Notes: generated from the letters alone by a model not told the origin. A stretch of DNA of 64,000 nt from an uncultured delta proteobacterium (GCA_963802945.1 CAWDKY010000028.1:96001-160000); one strand, 5' to 3'. Positions 21,770 to 31,639 are shown, counted from the first letter of the stretch. Numbers and translations: made by a program.

Positions 21770-23314
21770 TCAATTGAGCTGATAGCTTTTTTCATTGAAA
21801 ACGCGCATACAGGCCGCCACCACTTCCGGATCGTAAAGGATGCCTTTGTTTTGAGCAATTTCACCCAAGGCCACATCAATAGTGTAGGCTGGGCGGTAGG
21901 GACGATAGGAAGCGATGGCCTCCACCACATCGGCCACAGCCAGAATCTTGGCCTCCAGTAGGATTTCGTCACCTGAAATTCCCTTTGGGTATCCGGAGCC
22001 GTTTATTCTTTCATGATGCTGTAGGGTGATTTGGGCGATAGGCCAAGGAAAATCTATATCTTTTAAGATATCATAGCCCACACTCGGATGTTTTTTAATC
22101 AGACTGAATTCCAGATCGGATAATTTGGTGGGTTTGCTGAGGATCTCTGACGGCACAGATATCTTCCCTATGTCGTGGATAGCCCCGGACATGCGTATGC
22201 CATCCACCTGATCTTCACTGAGACCCATTTCCTGGGCTATGGTCCTGGCCAAATCGGCCACACGACGCTGATGTCCGGAAGTGTAAGGGTCCCGTGCTTC
22301 CACGGTCAAAGACATGGCCTGGATGACACCGCCCATGGCTTTCCTGAGTTTTTCGATGCTGGTTCCAACTTTTTCTTCGGACAATTTTTTCTGGGTGATA
22401 TCCTGAATATGAGAAATAAAATATAGAGGGGTTCCTTCTGTATTCCGGACAAGAGAACTGGAAACCTGGCCCCAGACCGTATTCCCATTTTTGTGAAGAT
22501 ACCTTTGCTCAAAAACGGCCCTTTTGACTTCTCCTAAAATAATTCGTTTCATAAACTCCTGGCTCATAGGCCGGTCTTCCGGATGGGTAATGTCATTCAC
22601 CGTCAGGCTTTCAAGTTCTTCTTTGCTATAGCCGAACATCTTACACATGCGGTTATTGACTTCCAGGTGTTTCCCGACGGCATGGATAAGGCAAATGCCG
22701 TCATTGGCATTTTCAAAAACCAGACGAAACCGTTCCTCACTTTCAATCAATTTTTGTTCTGAAAATTTATGACTGGCAATATCCATCATCATGTGCAGGA
22801 AATGGAGTGGACGGCCGTTAATATCCTTTAATAGTTGGATCGTGAGGTTTGTCCAAATGGGATTTCCATCTTTTCGGATATATCGTTGTTGCTTGTCAAT
22901 ATGATCCATTTCTCCCTGAAGCAGTTTGCTGACCAACTCCAGGTTGTTATCTAAATCATATGGAAAGGTGAGGTCTGGATATTCCATTGAAATCAACTCC
23001 TGCTCTGCGTAACCGAGGAGGTCACAAAGCTTCGGATTTACCAATTGATAACGGAAATCCAAGGACACCAAAGCTGCCCCAAGGGGAGATTGTGCGAAAA
23101 ACTGCTTGAAGGAGTTTTTTACTTCTCTTAAAGAGTTATTTGCTTTTTCCAATTCCTTTTTTTTGAGATGAAGTTCCTCCCTGACCACTTCCAATTCCTC
23201 TAAAGCGCCGGAAAGTTGTTCCATAATCTCTGGTGTCGCAAGGTTTGAAGAAAATTGCCCACGCTCCTTAAAAACCTCTTGCGCCGCTTCTGTTAACCTA
23301 TGCTTTTCCCTCAT
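21770..23314 (-). CDS. Coiled-coil/PAS/PAS/HD-GYP cyclic-dinucleotide phosphodiesterase
   Basis: Two PAS-PAC repeats; ARDPYTSGHQ, HDIGK, HHERINGSGYP, VADVVEA, RPYR. Confidence 0.92.
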   Translation of the reverse strand: MREKHRLTEAAQEVFKERGQFSSNLATPEIMEQLSGALEELEVVREELHLKKKELEKANNSLREVKNSFKQFFAQSPLGAALVSLDFRYQLVNPKLCDLLGYAEQELISMEYPDLTFPYDLDNNLELVSKLLQGEMDHIDKQQRYIRKDGNPIWTNLTIQLLKDINGRPLHFLHMMMDIASHKFSEQKLIESEERFRLVFENANDGICLIHAVGKHLEVNNRMCKMFGYSKEELESLTVNDITHPEDRPMSQEFMKRIILGEVKRAVFEQRYLHKNGNTVWGQVSSSLVRNTEGTPLYFISHIQDITQKKLSEEKVGTSIEKLRKAMGGVIQAMSLTVEARDPYTSGHQRRVADLARTIAQEMGLSEDQVDGIRMSGAIHDIGKISVPSEILSKPTKLSDLEFSLIKKHPSVGYDILKDIDFPWPIAQITLQHHERINGSGYPKGISGDEILLEAKILAVADVVEAIASYRPYRPAYTIDVALGEIAQNKGILYDPEVVAACMRVFNEKSYQLN

Positions 23315-23482
23315 AATTTTATAAAATTTCCTCTCCGTAGAATAGTTAAGTTATCCCAAATTTCCGGACCTATATACCTACTATGGCTTAAATTAAAGAA
23401 AAATCCGATTTTATGATCTTGTAAGGATTTTAACCATAAATTCAAAAAAAACCGGACTTTACTCTCCGTAAACTATTTAAGT

Positions 23483-23498
23483 TGCAGGAATTGTACCA
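23483..23498 (-). promoter_or_regulatory. Sigma54 -24/-12 promoter of the HD-GYP gene
   Basis: Minus strand TGGTACAATTCCTGCA is GG-N10-GC. Confidence 0.7.
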
Positions 23499-23548
23499 CG
23501 AACAATTCATTGTTATTATTACATATTTATTTTTATGATTAACGGCCC

Positions 23549-23587
23549 TTCACAAGCTCTTGTGCACTTTGCACAATTTTATGTGTA
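23549..23587. promoter_or_regulatory. Tandem enhancer (EBP) binding palindromes
   Basis: TTCACAAGCTCTTGTGCA and TGCACAATTTTATGTGTA, each one mismatch from TGCACA-N6-TGTGCA, 21 bp start to start. Confidence 0.72.
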
Positions 23588-23730
23588 ATGTTTATAGTAA
23601 GCTGAGAAAAAAGTGATGCAAAAATAAAGCCTTGGGCCGACCCTGGAAGGTTTAAGACCAAATCGAAAAAACAGGTGCCGGAGGGACTGGAAGAAAAACT
23701 ACCCAAAAGTGTGGGTGAAATAAAAACGGT

Positions 23731-25083
23731 CTAATAATTTATTCCTAATTCATTCATTTTGTTAATCAGGGTATTACGATGAATATCCAATAATTCAGCA
23801 GCCTCTTTCTTATTAAACCTCACTTTTTCGAGAACTTCGATGATAAAATTTTTTTCAAAATTACTGATAGCGTCTTTTAATTTCATGATCTGAACGGTTT
23901 CTTTTTTACGAGAAATTAACATCGAAACATCTTTAAGGTTAATCACCGGATCGTTGACAACGGTTGTTAATCGTTCAACCAAGTTTTTAAGTTCTCGAAC
24001 GTTACCCGGCCAGTCGTATTTGATCACAACCTCTGCGGCTTCTTTGGAAATTTTTTTGGCCGGCTTTCCTGTATTTCTCGAATAGGTTTCCAAGAAGTAA
24101 TTAATCAATAAAATAATATCATTTGGTTTCTCTCTCAAGGCCGGCAATTCTATCGGTAAAACATTTAAACGATAAAAAAGATCCTCACGAAAATTACCTT
24201 TGGCAATCAATTGGAGAAGGTCTTTATTAGAAGCGGCAATAAAGCGAACATCCAGTTTAACCACTTTCCTGCTGCCTATCTTTTCAAATTCCTTTTCCTG
24301 AATCACCCTAAGAAGCTTACTTTGCATGGCGATTTTAAGAGAATCAATGTCATCCAGAAAAACCGTGCCCTTGTCGGCAATTTCCAGCTTGCCGATCATC
24401 GTGGTCGAGGCACCGGTAAAAGCCCCTTTTTGATAGCCAAAAAGTTCACTTTCCATTAATGATTCCGGTATAGCGGCACAATTGATGACAACAAAAGGCT
24501 GATCCTTCCTGGGGCTCCGTTTATGTATGGCCCGGGCTACCAATTCCTTGCCGGTCCCGCTTTCTCCTTGAATGAGTACCGTGCCTTCCGTTTGCGAATA
24601 CATCGATATCAGCTCAAAGATTTTGATCATTTTTTCATCCTGTCCGATCATCTCCTCGAACAAATGATTAAATCTCCCCAACTCATTTTTAAGATAGATA
24701 ACTTTTCTGATCAGGTCACGTTTTTCAAGGGCTCGTCGGATAATCTTAAGAACCTCATGTACATCAAAAGGTTTAACGATATAATCATAGGCTCCCAGTC
24801 TGATGGCCTTTACCGCTGTTTGAATATCCTTCACGGCGGTGATCATGATCACTTCGATGCTCGAATCCAATTCTTTAAATTTTTCCAACAAATCAAGGCC
24901 GTTATTATCCGGCAAGAGGATATCCAGCAGGATAAGGTCAACGGCATTTTGATTAAAAAGATCTACGGCTTCGGCCCCTGATGCGGCCAGCAATACACTA
25001 AAATCATCTTTTAAAACCATTTTAAAGGATTGAAGGACCCCGAATTCATCATCCACAACTAAAATGGTCGATTTCTTTTCCAT
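23731..25083 (-). CDS. Sigma54-dependent NtrC/AtoC-family response regulator (REC-AAA+-Fis HTH)
   Basis: LVVDDE and LLDILLP receiver; GESGTGKE, GAFTGA, FREDLFYRLNV, WPGNVREL; C-terminal HTH. Walker B reads LDDID. Confidence 0.95.
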   Translation of the reverse strand: MEKKSTILVVDDEFGVLQSFKMVLKDDFSVLLAASGAEAVDLFNQNAVDLILLDILLPDNNGLDLLEKFKELDSSIEVIMITAVKDIQTAVKAIRLGAYDYIVKPFDVHEVLKIIRRALEKRDLIRKVIYLKNELGRFNHLFEEMIGQDEKMIKIFELISMYSQTEGTVLIQGESGTGKELVARAIHKRSPRKDQPFVVINCAAIPESLMESELFGYQKGAFTGASTTMIGKLEIADKGTVFLDDIDSLKIAMQSKLLRVIQEKEFEKIGSRKVVKLDVRFIAASNKDLLQLIAKGNFREDLFYRLNVLPIELPALREKPNDIILLINYFLETYSRNTGKPAKKISKEAAEVVIKYDWPGNVRELKNLVERLTTVVNDPVINLKDVSMLISRKKETVQIMKLKDAISNFEKNFIIEVLEKVRFNKKEAAELLDIHRNTLINKMNELGINY

Positions 25084-25191
25084 CCTAAGCTCCTCCAGGG
25101 GTTTGCTTTACTCCCCCGATAGTTACCATATTCTTAATCCCACCTTTTATCAGATAATTGTAATTTTTATTACAAGTCAAGAGAAAAAGCT

Positions 25192-25231
25192 TGCACAAAT
25201 AATTGTGCAGCGATGCACAAAAAAATAGGCA
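25192..25231. promoter_or_regulatory. Tandem enhancer (EBP) binding palindromes in the divergent intergenic region
   Basis: TGCACAAATAATTGTGCA (25192-209) and the degenerate TGCACAAAAAAATAGGCA (25214-231). Confidence 0.75.
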
Positions 25232-25316
25232 CGCCGCCAAGGAGAGAAAAAAACCTAAAAATGATAAAAGCCTGTAACTCATTCTTATTATTATGATAAC
25301 ATTTTTTAAAAAGATC

Positions 25317-25332
25317 TCGTATGTTTTTTGCA
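25317..25332 (+). promoter_or_regulatory. Possible non-consensus sigma54 promoter of the acyltransferase operon
   Basis: TCGTATGTTTTTTGCA has the correct spacing and a TTGC -12, but CG instead of GG at -24; ~85 bp downstream of the enhancer pair. Confidence 0.4.
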
Positions 25333-25372
25333 ACTTATTTTTTTATGCCTTATAATTAAGGAGGGTGTTTTT

Positions 25373-26351
25373 ATGCAATTAAGCCTGAGTAAATTTCTCC
25401 AATGGAAAATCAACATCTTGTTATGTCAAAAACTTGGATGGAATTTTGCCTTTTTTTATATCATGGTTCTGGGCAACCTATACTTCCTTTTCAAACGAAA
25501 AGAGAAGAAAAAGATTAAAGAGGCGGTTAAAATGGTTTTTGCTACGCAAAAAGGGCGATCTGAAAAAAGGACTATCGTCAGGGGAGTCTTTAAGGGTATA
25601 TTATGGCATTATTATGAAAAAATCTTTAACGTTTATACCTCACTTGAACGGTTGAAAATTTTTTTTAATCAGCATATAGAACCAGATGGGATACCGGCTA
25701 TAGAGCAGGGGATTGCCAGGGGGAAAGGTGTTCTCCTTGTTACCGGTCATTTTGGAGGGATTGAATTTATACCCAAGTACTTGGCGACTCAAAATTATCC
25801 GGTTACGATTCTGGCCAAGTTTTCATCTGAACATCTTAAAAATATCTCTGTGAAACAGGCGGACAAGCTGGCCATTAATCTTATCAACGCCAATGAATGT
25901 CCTAATATCATAAAAGCCATCATCCAGGATTTGAAACAAAACAGGATTGTTATCACACAATGTGACGAGATAGAAGAGTGGAGGCCTTCCTTAAATGAGG
26001 AGGTTTCTTTTTTGGGAAATACGAATTTATCTGGATAAAACCATCAATACCTTGATCAGAAGAGGGAATACTTTCGTTGTATTTGCGGTTATGCATAGAA
26101 TCAATAACCAGGTGTATAGATTTATTGCCCATCCATGGGAAAAAATAATTAATTCCGGGGAGCACTCAACCAATAAATCCCTGGGAGAGATGGTTTTGAA
26201 ATATCTTGAACAATATATATACCAATACCCAGAAGAATGGTATCAATGGAAAAAAGTTCCCGAGATTAAGATCGTAAAAGGGCGGGCTGTTCCAGAGAAA
26301 GAAAGAAAGGCTCAACTGTGGTTGAAACCGGCCTTTGGAAGAATTCCATAA
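25373..26351 (+). CDS. Lipid A lauroyl/LPLAT-family acyltransferase (frameshift near 26020)
   Basis: GKGVLLVTGHFGGIE (HX4E), VSFLG, C-terminal IYQYPEEWYQW; two overlapping ORFs, 25328-26038 and 25995-26351; AGGAGG RBS before ATG 25373. Confidence 0.82.
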
Positions 26352-26435
26352 TTAAAAAAGTTATCAATCCAGTGACCCTCCGAAAATTCTTTGAAATTTC
26401 GAGAAAAATAATACCTTGTTGACAGGAGCGGGCCT

Positions 26436-28007
26436 ATGGATGTCTTAATTATTGCCGGAATATCCAAACACAGCGGAAGTCAATTCGGGGTAAAGCAAGA
26501 GATCATCAAAGATGGAATGGTGATGAATTATGCCAACTTGCAAAAGTACTTCGGTATTCAACCCAATGATGGCTTTTCAAGTTTTAGTACCCCTTATTTG
26601 GCGGGAATCTATTTGTATAATTACCTTTCTCGTCGTGGGATCAAATGCGGACTTATAAATTTCTTGGATAAAGAAATAGAATATTTTCAGAAACTTCTGC
26701 AACAGTCACCCAAAGCCATTGCCCTCTCTTCAACCTTCTTAATTGATATTAGATCTGTAAAAAAAGTCACCCAAATTATACGCCAATCTGCTCCGGATAT
26801 TAAAATTATTCTGGGCGGCCCGTTAGTATACAACAGTTATCTTTTATATCAGCTTAGGGACAGTGACTATGACACGGCTTCTTGTGCCCAAGATTATTTC
26901 TTTCTAAATACCGACGAGCAGTATTATGAGGATATTGATTTGTTTGTAATCGAAGAACAGGGGGAGGAAACCCTATACCGAGTGGTTGATGCCATAAAAA
27001 ATTGCCGTGATTGTACCGAGATAACAAACCTGGCTTACTATAAAAATGGCCAAGTATTTTTTACCGCCAGAAAACCCGAGCATAATGATTTTAGTGAAGA
27101 CTTAGTTCAATGGGATCAGATTCCGGATGAATATATCTATCCCATTTTTCCCATGAGAGGCTCACGAGGTTGTCCATATCGATGCCGGTATTGTAATTTT
27201 TCTCCAAATCGAACTTTTCGTTTAAAAAGTGCAGAAATTCTAGGACAGGAGGTGGCTGCTTTAGTAAATACGGGAAAGGTTAAAATAATCAGATTTACTG
27301 ATGATAATCTTTTTTTGACCCGCAAGCAGGTGGAAGAATATTGTCGTAAGATTATTGAGGTAGGAAAGGGAATAAGATGGTCGTCATTTATCCGGGCAAA
27401 CTCCATCTCCAAAGAAAATGTTAAATTACTTAGAGATTCCGGATGTATTTCTACCATGATCGGCATGGAATCCGGTAATAAAAACATCTTAAAGGAAATG
27501 AACAAAGAAGATACGCCGGAGCATTATCTGGAAGTAATAGAGTTATTAAACAAACATGGCATTTCAACTCAGCTAACCTTCCTAATCGGTTTTCCCGGTG
27601 AAACTCCCGAGACCATTGAAGATACTGTTAGCCTGATAAACCAATTCCATCATCAAGGCCCGGCCATTAACGAGGTATCGATTTTCCCTTTTGGATTAGC
27701 CCCATTGTCTCCGATATATGGCCCTGAATATAGGAAAAAATATAATTTGAGCGGATATATGATGAATTGGTCTCATTGCACGATGAATTCAGAAGAGGCA
27801 AAAAAATATGCCGCGGGACTCTTTATTAATTTTCAACATGCTCACCACCACTATGGGATTGAAGAATTACTATTGTTGGAGACAACTAAATTAAAAAAAA
27901 TTTCAGAACTTCGTTCACAAATTCGAAAAGCTGAGATATGCAAGTATCCAGCAAAACATATCGACCAATTCTGGAACGACATGAAACAATTAGTCCTTTT
28001 CGGTTAA
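26436..28007 (+). CDS. Cobalamin-binding radical SAM enzyme (class B methyltransferase-like)
   Basis: B12-binding-like N-terminal domain (KIILGGP); SRGCPYRCRYC CxxxCxxC; FTDD, IGMESG, IGFPGET. Confidence 0.88.
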   Translation: MDVLIIAGISKHSGSQFGVKQEIIKDGMVMNYANLQKYFGIQPNDGFSSFSTPYLAGIYLYNYLSRRGIKCGLINFLDKEIEYFQKLLQQSPKAIALSSTFLIDIRSVKKVTQIIRQSAPDIKIILGGPLVYNSYLLYQLRDSDYDTASCAQDYFFLNTDEQYYEDIDLFVIEEQGEETLYRVVDAIKNCRDCTEITNLAYYKNGQVFFTARKPEHNDFSEDLVQWDQIPDEYIYPIFPMRGSRGCPYRCRYCNFSPNRTFRLKSAEILGQEVAALVNTGKVKIIRFTDDNLFLTRKQVEEYCRKIIEVGKGIRWSSFIRANSISKENVKLLRDSGCISTMIGMESGNKNILKEMNKEDTPEHYLEVIELLNKHGISTQLTFLIGFPGETPETIEDTVSLINQFHHQGPAINEVSIFPFGLAPLSPIYGPEYRKKYNLSGYMMNWSHCTMNSEEAKKYAAGLFINFQHAHHHYGIEELLLLETTKLKKISELRSQIRKAEICKYPAKHIDQFWNDMKQLVLFG

Positions 28008-28090
28008 ATTGTTTGTATGAAATTAAAGATAAATTTTTTGAGGGGCAAGAAAATTCTAAGTAGTTTTAAAAGACCCTTCAGGAAATAATA

Positions 28091-30064
28091 ATGAAAAAAG
28101 AAGTAAGTTGTTTCAATACCAAGGGGGTCCTTGAATATGTTAAGGAATACAATCCTGAAGCTTATTCTGCCCTTTTTCGCAACCTTGATCCTGAAATCGA
28201 TGCTCATCCAGACCCGGAGAGTTTTTTACGAGATCACAACAATTGGATCTCATCCACAATTGCTTCAGAAATATTCAAAAGAGCGAGATTAATACTCAAG
28301 GACGAGATGGCCCCTATTAAAATAGCCAAATATGTCGTTGAAAATACTACATTAGGATACAGGGGAATACTTATTAAAGCATTCTGGTCTAATAAGAATG
28401 CACTTAAACACTTACAAAGAATTAATGATAAATGGAACAGGAACAAAAAAGTTGAACTCGTAGAAATTAAGATGAATACAGCGATTGTTCGACTGCATTG
28501 GAATCCCCAAATGGATGTTTCTAAGGATTTGTGTCTATACAATCAAGGGAATTATATTTTTATTTCGAGTATATGGGGTGGGACACCAATGTTCCTCGAC
28601 GAAGAATGCTGTTATTTTAATGGTGCACCTTATTGTGAATTCCATTTGAGGTGGCCTTTAAGAAATAAAGTTTATGAGATTTTTTCCAGATTTTTCTCTT
28701 CCCGGTCGGTTATGATGGAAACCATCATGGAAATGGAGGAAGACAAAAAAGTTATAGAGGAAAAATATGATGAGGTCAATCGATTGAATCTGGAATTAAA
28801 TTATAAAATCAAACAACTTTTAGCTATACAAGAAACCGGAAAGGCAATTCTCTCTGTTCTTGACTTGAATAATTTATTAACCGTTATCATGAATATTCTA
28901 TCTAATGTATGCCAAATTCATCGTGCCCTGATCATGCTGGTTAATGAAGGGAAGGGATACTTAGAATATTTATATGCAGTGGGTTTTCCAGGAGAAATCC
29001 CTCAAGAAATCATAAATTACAAACTTCCCTTAAGTCGTGTCAGTAACATTATGGCGCGGGTGGCCAATACCGGAAAATCGGAATATATTCCCGAGGTGAA
29101 TAGTTCCTTATTAAACAGAGAGAATATTGTTTTGGCCCTTGGAAAACCCACCTCAGTTTATGTTGTTCCTCTCATAACCAGGTCCAGAATAATCGGTGTA
29201 ATCGCCACCGATTCCATTGAAGGCCAAGGCATTCCCAAGGAAATCCGGGAGACCCTGGATGTCTTCGCCCCCCAGATTGCCATAGCCATTGAAAATGCCA
29301 GACTGTATAACCAACTCCAGAATCAGATGGAAGAGTTAAAAACATCCCAGGACCTGCTCAGCAGGACTGAAAAACTCTCTTTCTTTGGTAACCTGGCGGC
29401 CAGGTTGGCCCATGAAATCAAAAATCCGATGGTGGCCATAAGGACCTTTATTCAGATGCTGCCCCAAAAATATGATGATGAAGAGTTTAAAAAAGATTTT
29501 TATAATATAGCCTTGGAAGAGACCAACCGAGTAAACAATTTACTTACTGAGCTTCTTGATCTAGTCAAAACCAAAGAATCCCGCTGTGAGATGGCTGATC
29601 TCCACTCCTTGATCGAGAAAATGATCCTTTTGGTCTCACCGGAGAGCAAGTCGAAACAGATCGAGATTGTAAAAAATTTTAGCCCCCGAATTGGGCCGAT
29701 ATGGATGGATCCGGAAAAAATAAAACAGGTTATATTAAACCTGTTATCTAATGCCGTTGAGTTTACCCCCAAGGGAGGAAGGATTGAAATCATTACAACA
29801 GAAATTGTAGAAAAAGAAAAAACGCCAAGGATTTGTCTTGTAATTCAAGATAATGGAGCAGGGATTCCCCAGCCTATTATTCATAAAATATTTGATCCGT
29901 ATTTCACCACCAAACATAAAAGCAGCCTTCACAACGGAACCGGTCTGGGGCTGTTTATTGCTTATCAAAATATGTTGGATCACCAAGGAACCATCGAGGT
30001 GGAAAGTAAGGTCAATGAAGGGACAAAATTCACCTTGTTTTTGCCTGTAACAGCCCCGTCTTAA
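28091..30064 (+). CDS. Soluble sensor histidine kinase with an N-terminal V4R/HNOB-like domain, GAF, HisKA and HATPase_c
   Basis: No TM helix seen; LCLYNQG...EECCYFNGAPYCEFHLRW is V4R-like; GAF ends AIAIENARLY; AHEIKNP, NLLSNA, DNGAGI, GTGLGL. Confidence 0.85.
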   Translation: MKKEVSCFNTKGVLEYVKEYNPEAYSALFRNLDPEIDAHPDPESFLRDHNNWISSTIASEIFKRARLILKDEMAPIKIAKYVVENTTLGYRGILIKAFWSNKNALKHLQRINDKWNRNKKVELVEIKMNTAIVRLHWNPQMDVSKDLCLYNQGNYIFISSIWGGTPMFLDEECCYFNGAPYCEFHLRWPLRNKVYEIFSRFFSSRSVMMETIMEMEEDKKVIEEKYDEVNRLNLELNYKIKQLLAIQETGKAILSVLDLNNLLTVIMNILSNVCQIHRALIMLVNEGKGYLEYLYAVGFPGEIPQEIINYKLPLSRVSNIMARVANTGKSEYIPEVNSSLLNRENIVLALGKPTSVYVVPLITRSRIIGVIATDSIEGQGIPKEIRETLDVFAPQIAIAIENARLYNQLQNQMEELKTSQDLLSRTEKLSFFGNLAARLAHEIKNPMVAIRTFIQMLPQKYDDEEFKKDFYNIALEETNRVNNLLTELLDLVKTKESRCEMADLHSLIEKMILLVSPESKSKQIEIVKNFSPRIGPIWMDPEKIKQVILNLLSNAVEFTPKGGRIEIITTEIVEKEKTPRICLVIQDNGAGIPQPIIHKIFDPYFTTKHKSSLHNGTGLGLFIAYQNMLDHQGTIEVESKVNEGTKFTLFLPVTAPS

Positions 30065-30129
30065 AAAAAACACTTTACAATTGGACGCTTAACTCTTAAA
30101 AGAACCTAAGGCAGAATAGGTACCGACTC

Positions 30130-31275
30130 ATGGAAATCGCTCAGCTAAAGGTCTATCAAATCTCTCTTCCTTTTCAAATGGATATTTCTCATGCCTTAAC
30201 TAAAGCTGCTTCTGCGGACAATATTGTTGTCGAAGTGATTGCCGATGGAGGGAGAATAAAAGGCTACGGCGAAGGAACGCCGAGAAAATACGTCACCGGG
30301 GAATCTCAGCAAGAAGCAGTTGCCAATATCCATCAGATAATCCGGAAAAATTCATTCCCTTGGGAATTAAAGGATGTTTCCGAGATATGGAATTTCGTGG
30401 ATAGGCTTCACGACGAAAAAAAATACAACCCGGCTATTTGTGCCCTGGAAACGGCCTTATTAGATGCCTGGGGAAAGGATCAGGAGCGGAACCTAATCGA
30501 CTTTTTCCCTCACGATTATCTTGCCTCCAACATTTATTATGGCGGTGCATTTCCATTAGGAGATAACCGGAAACTTACCGAACGTTGTCTATTGATGAAA
30601 AAGATGAAAATAAATAAACTTAAGCTTAAAATGGGTAAGAATTTTAATACAAACCAAGAGGCGTTTGAGATAATCAGTCAGGTATTCGAGGATGATTATG
30701 ATTTAAAAATTGATGTTAATTGTGTTTGGAATAAAGACCTGGCCTTAAGGCATATCCCTCTTTTGAAAAAATACCGGGTAAAGGTTGTCGAACAACCCAT
30801 GATGCCGAACGATCCGGCTACGGCCGAATTTTCCGAGGCCCTTAAAGGCAGCGGGATCATCTTAATGGCCGACGAATCGGCTTGTTCTTTTGGAGATATA
30901 CAAAAAATTATTGAAGATGGATATTATAAAATGATAAATATCCGATTATCAAAAATGGGTGGTTTTCGAAAATCGCTTAAGGTAATCGAGCTTTTACGGA
31001 AGGAAAACCTTTTTTTCCAAATCGGCTGTCACCTGGGAGAATCAGGAATTCTTTCTGCGGCTGGCAGGATATTAAGTCTCCTCTGTCGCGATGCTCTTTA
31101 TTATGACGGATCGTATGATAGCCTATTATTAAAACAGAATATTACTACTGAAAATGTTTCTTTTGGATCGGGGGGTGAAGCTGGGCCGTTAAAAGGACCC
31201 GGCCTGGGTGTAACGATCAATGAAAAGAGTTTAAATCAACTAACGGTGGATCCTGTTCGTGTTATTAAAAGATAA
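30130..31275 (+). CDS. Enolase-superfamily enzyme (muconate cycloisomerase/dipeptide epimerase subgroup)
   Basis: GYGEGTPRKYVTGES; KLK catalytic motif; metal ligands DVN, EQP, ADES; C-terminal GPGLG. Confidence 0.85.
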   Translation: MEIAQLKVYQISLPFQMDISHALTKAASADNIVVEVIADGGRIKGYGEGTPRKYVTGESQQEAVANIHQIIRKNSFPWELKDVSEIWNFVDRLHDEKKYNPAICALETALLDAWGKDQERNLIDFFPHDYLASNIYYGGAFPLGDNRKLTERCLLMKKMKINKLKLKMGKNFNTNQEAFEIISQVFEDDYDLKIDVNCVWNKDLALRHIPLLKKYRVKVVEQPMMPNDPATAEFSEALKGSGIILMADESACSFGDIQKIIEDGYYKMINIRLSKMGGFRKSLKVIELLRKENLFFQIGCHLGESGILSAAGRILSLLCRDALYYDGSYDSLLLKQNITTENVSFGSGGEAGPLKGPGLGVTINEKSLNQLTVDPVRVIKR

Positions 31276-31284
31276 AGACTGAAG

Positions 31285-31626
31285 ATGCCCATAGACTATT
31301 CAAAACTTTTTGACCGGGAAGCCTTGAAGAGAATTCTTGCCAAATACCGGAAAAGGATTCTGAAAGAGATTGATTCCGCAAAAGACCTCACATCCCTGCT
31401 TATGAAAGGAACCCAGAGAGGTTGGACGAAGGGTGAGCTCCTGAAAATTAAAACCCATTTTGTAATTCTGGGTAAAAAGATCCCCATATTTATGGTATTC
31501 CTTTTGCCGGGCGGCGTTATACTTTTACCTGTTTTAATTGAGGTGTTGGACCGTAGGAAAAACAACGTCCCTGTTTCTGAGGATCGCAGAAAGGCCCTCC
31601 AAAAAAGTTCACGAAAAAAACTTTAA
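31285..31626 (+). CDS. Small protein with one hydrophobic hairpin (LETM1-like LLPGG motif)
   Basis: Last gene of the operon (9-bp gap); IFMVFLLPGGVILLPVL; basic tail with two DRRK motifs. Confidence 0.55.
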   Translation: MPIDYSKLFDREALKRILAKYRKRILKEIDSAKDLTSLLMKGTQRGWTKGELLKIKTHFVILGKKIPIFMVFLLPGGVILLPVLIEVLDRRKNNVPVSEDRRKALQKSSRKKL

Positions 31627-31639
31627 GGTAGGCAAAACG

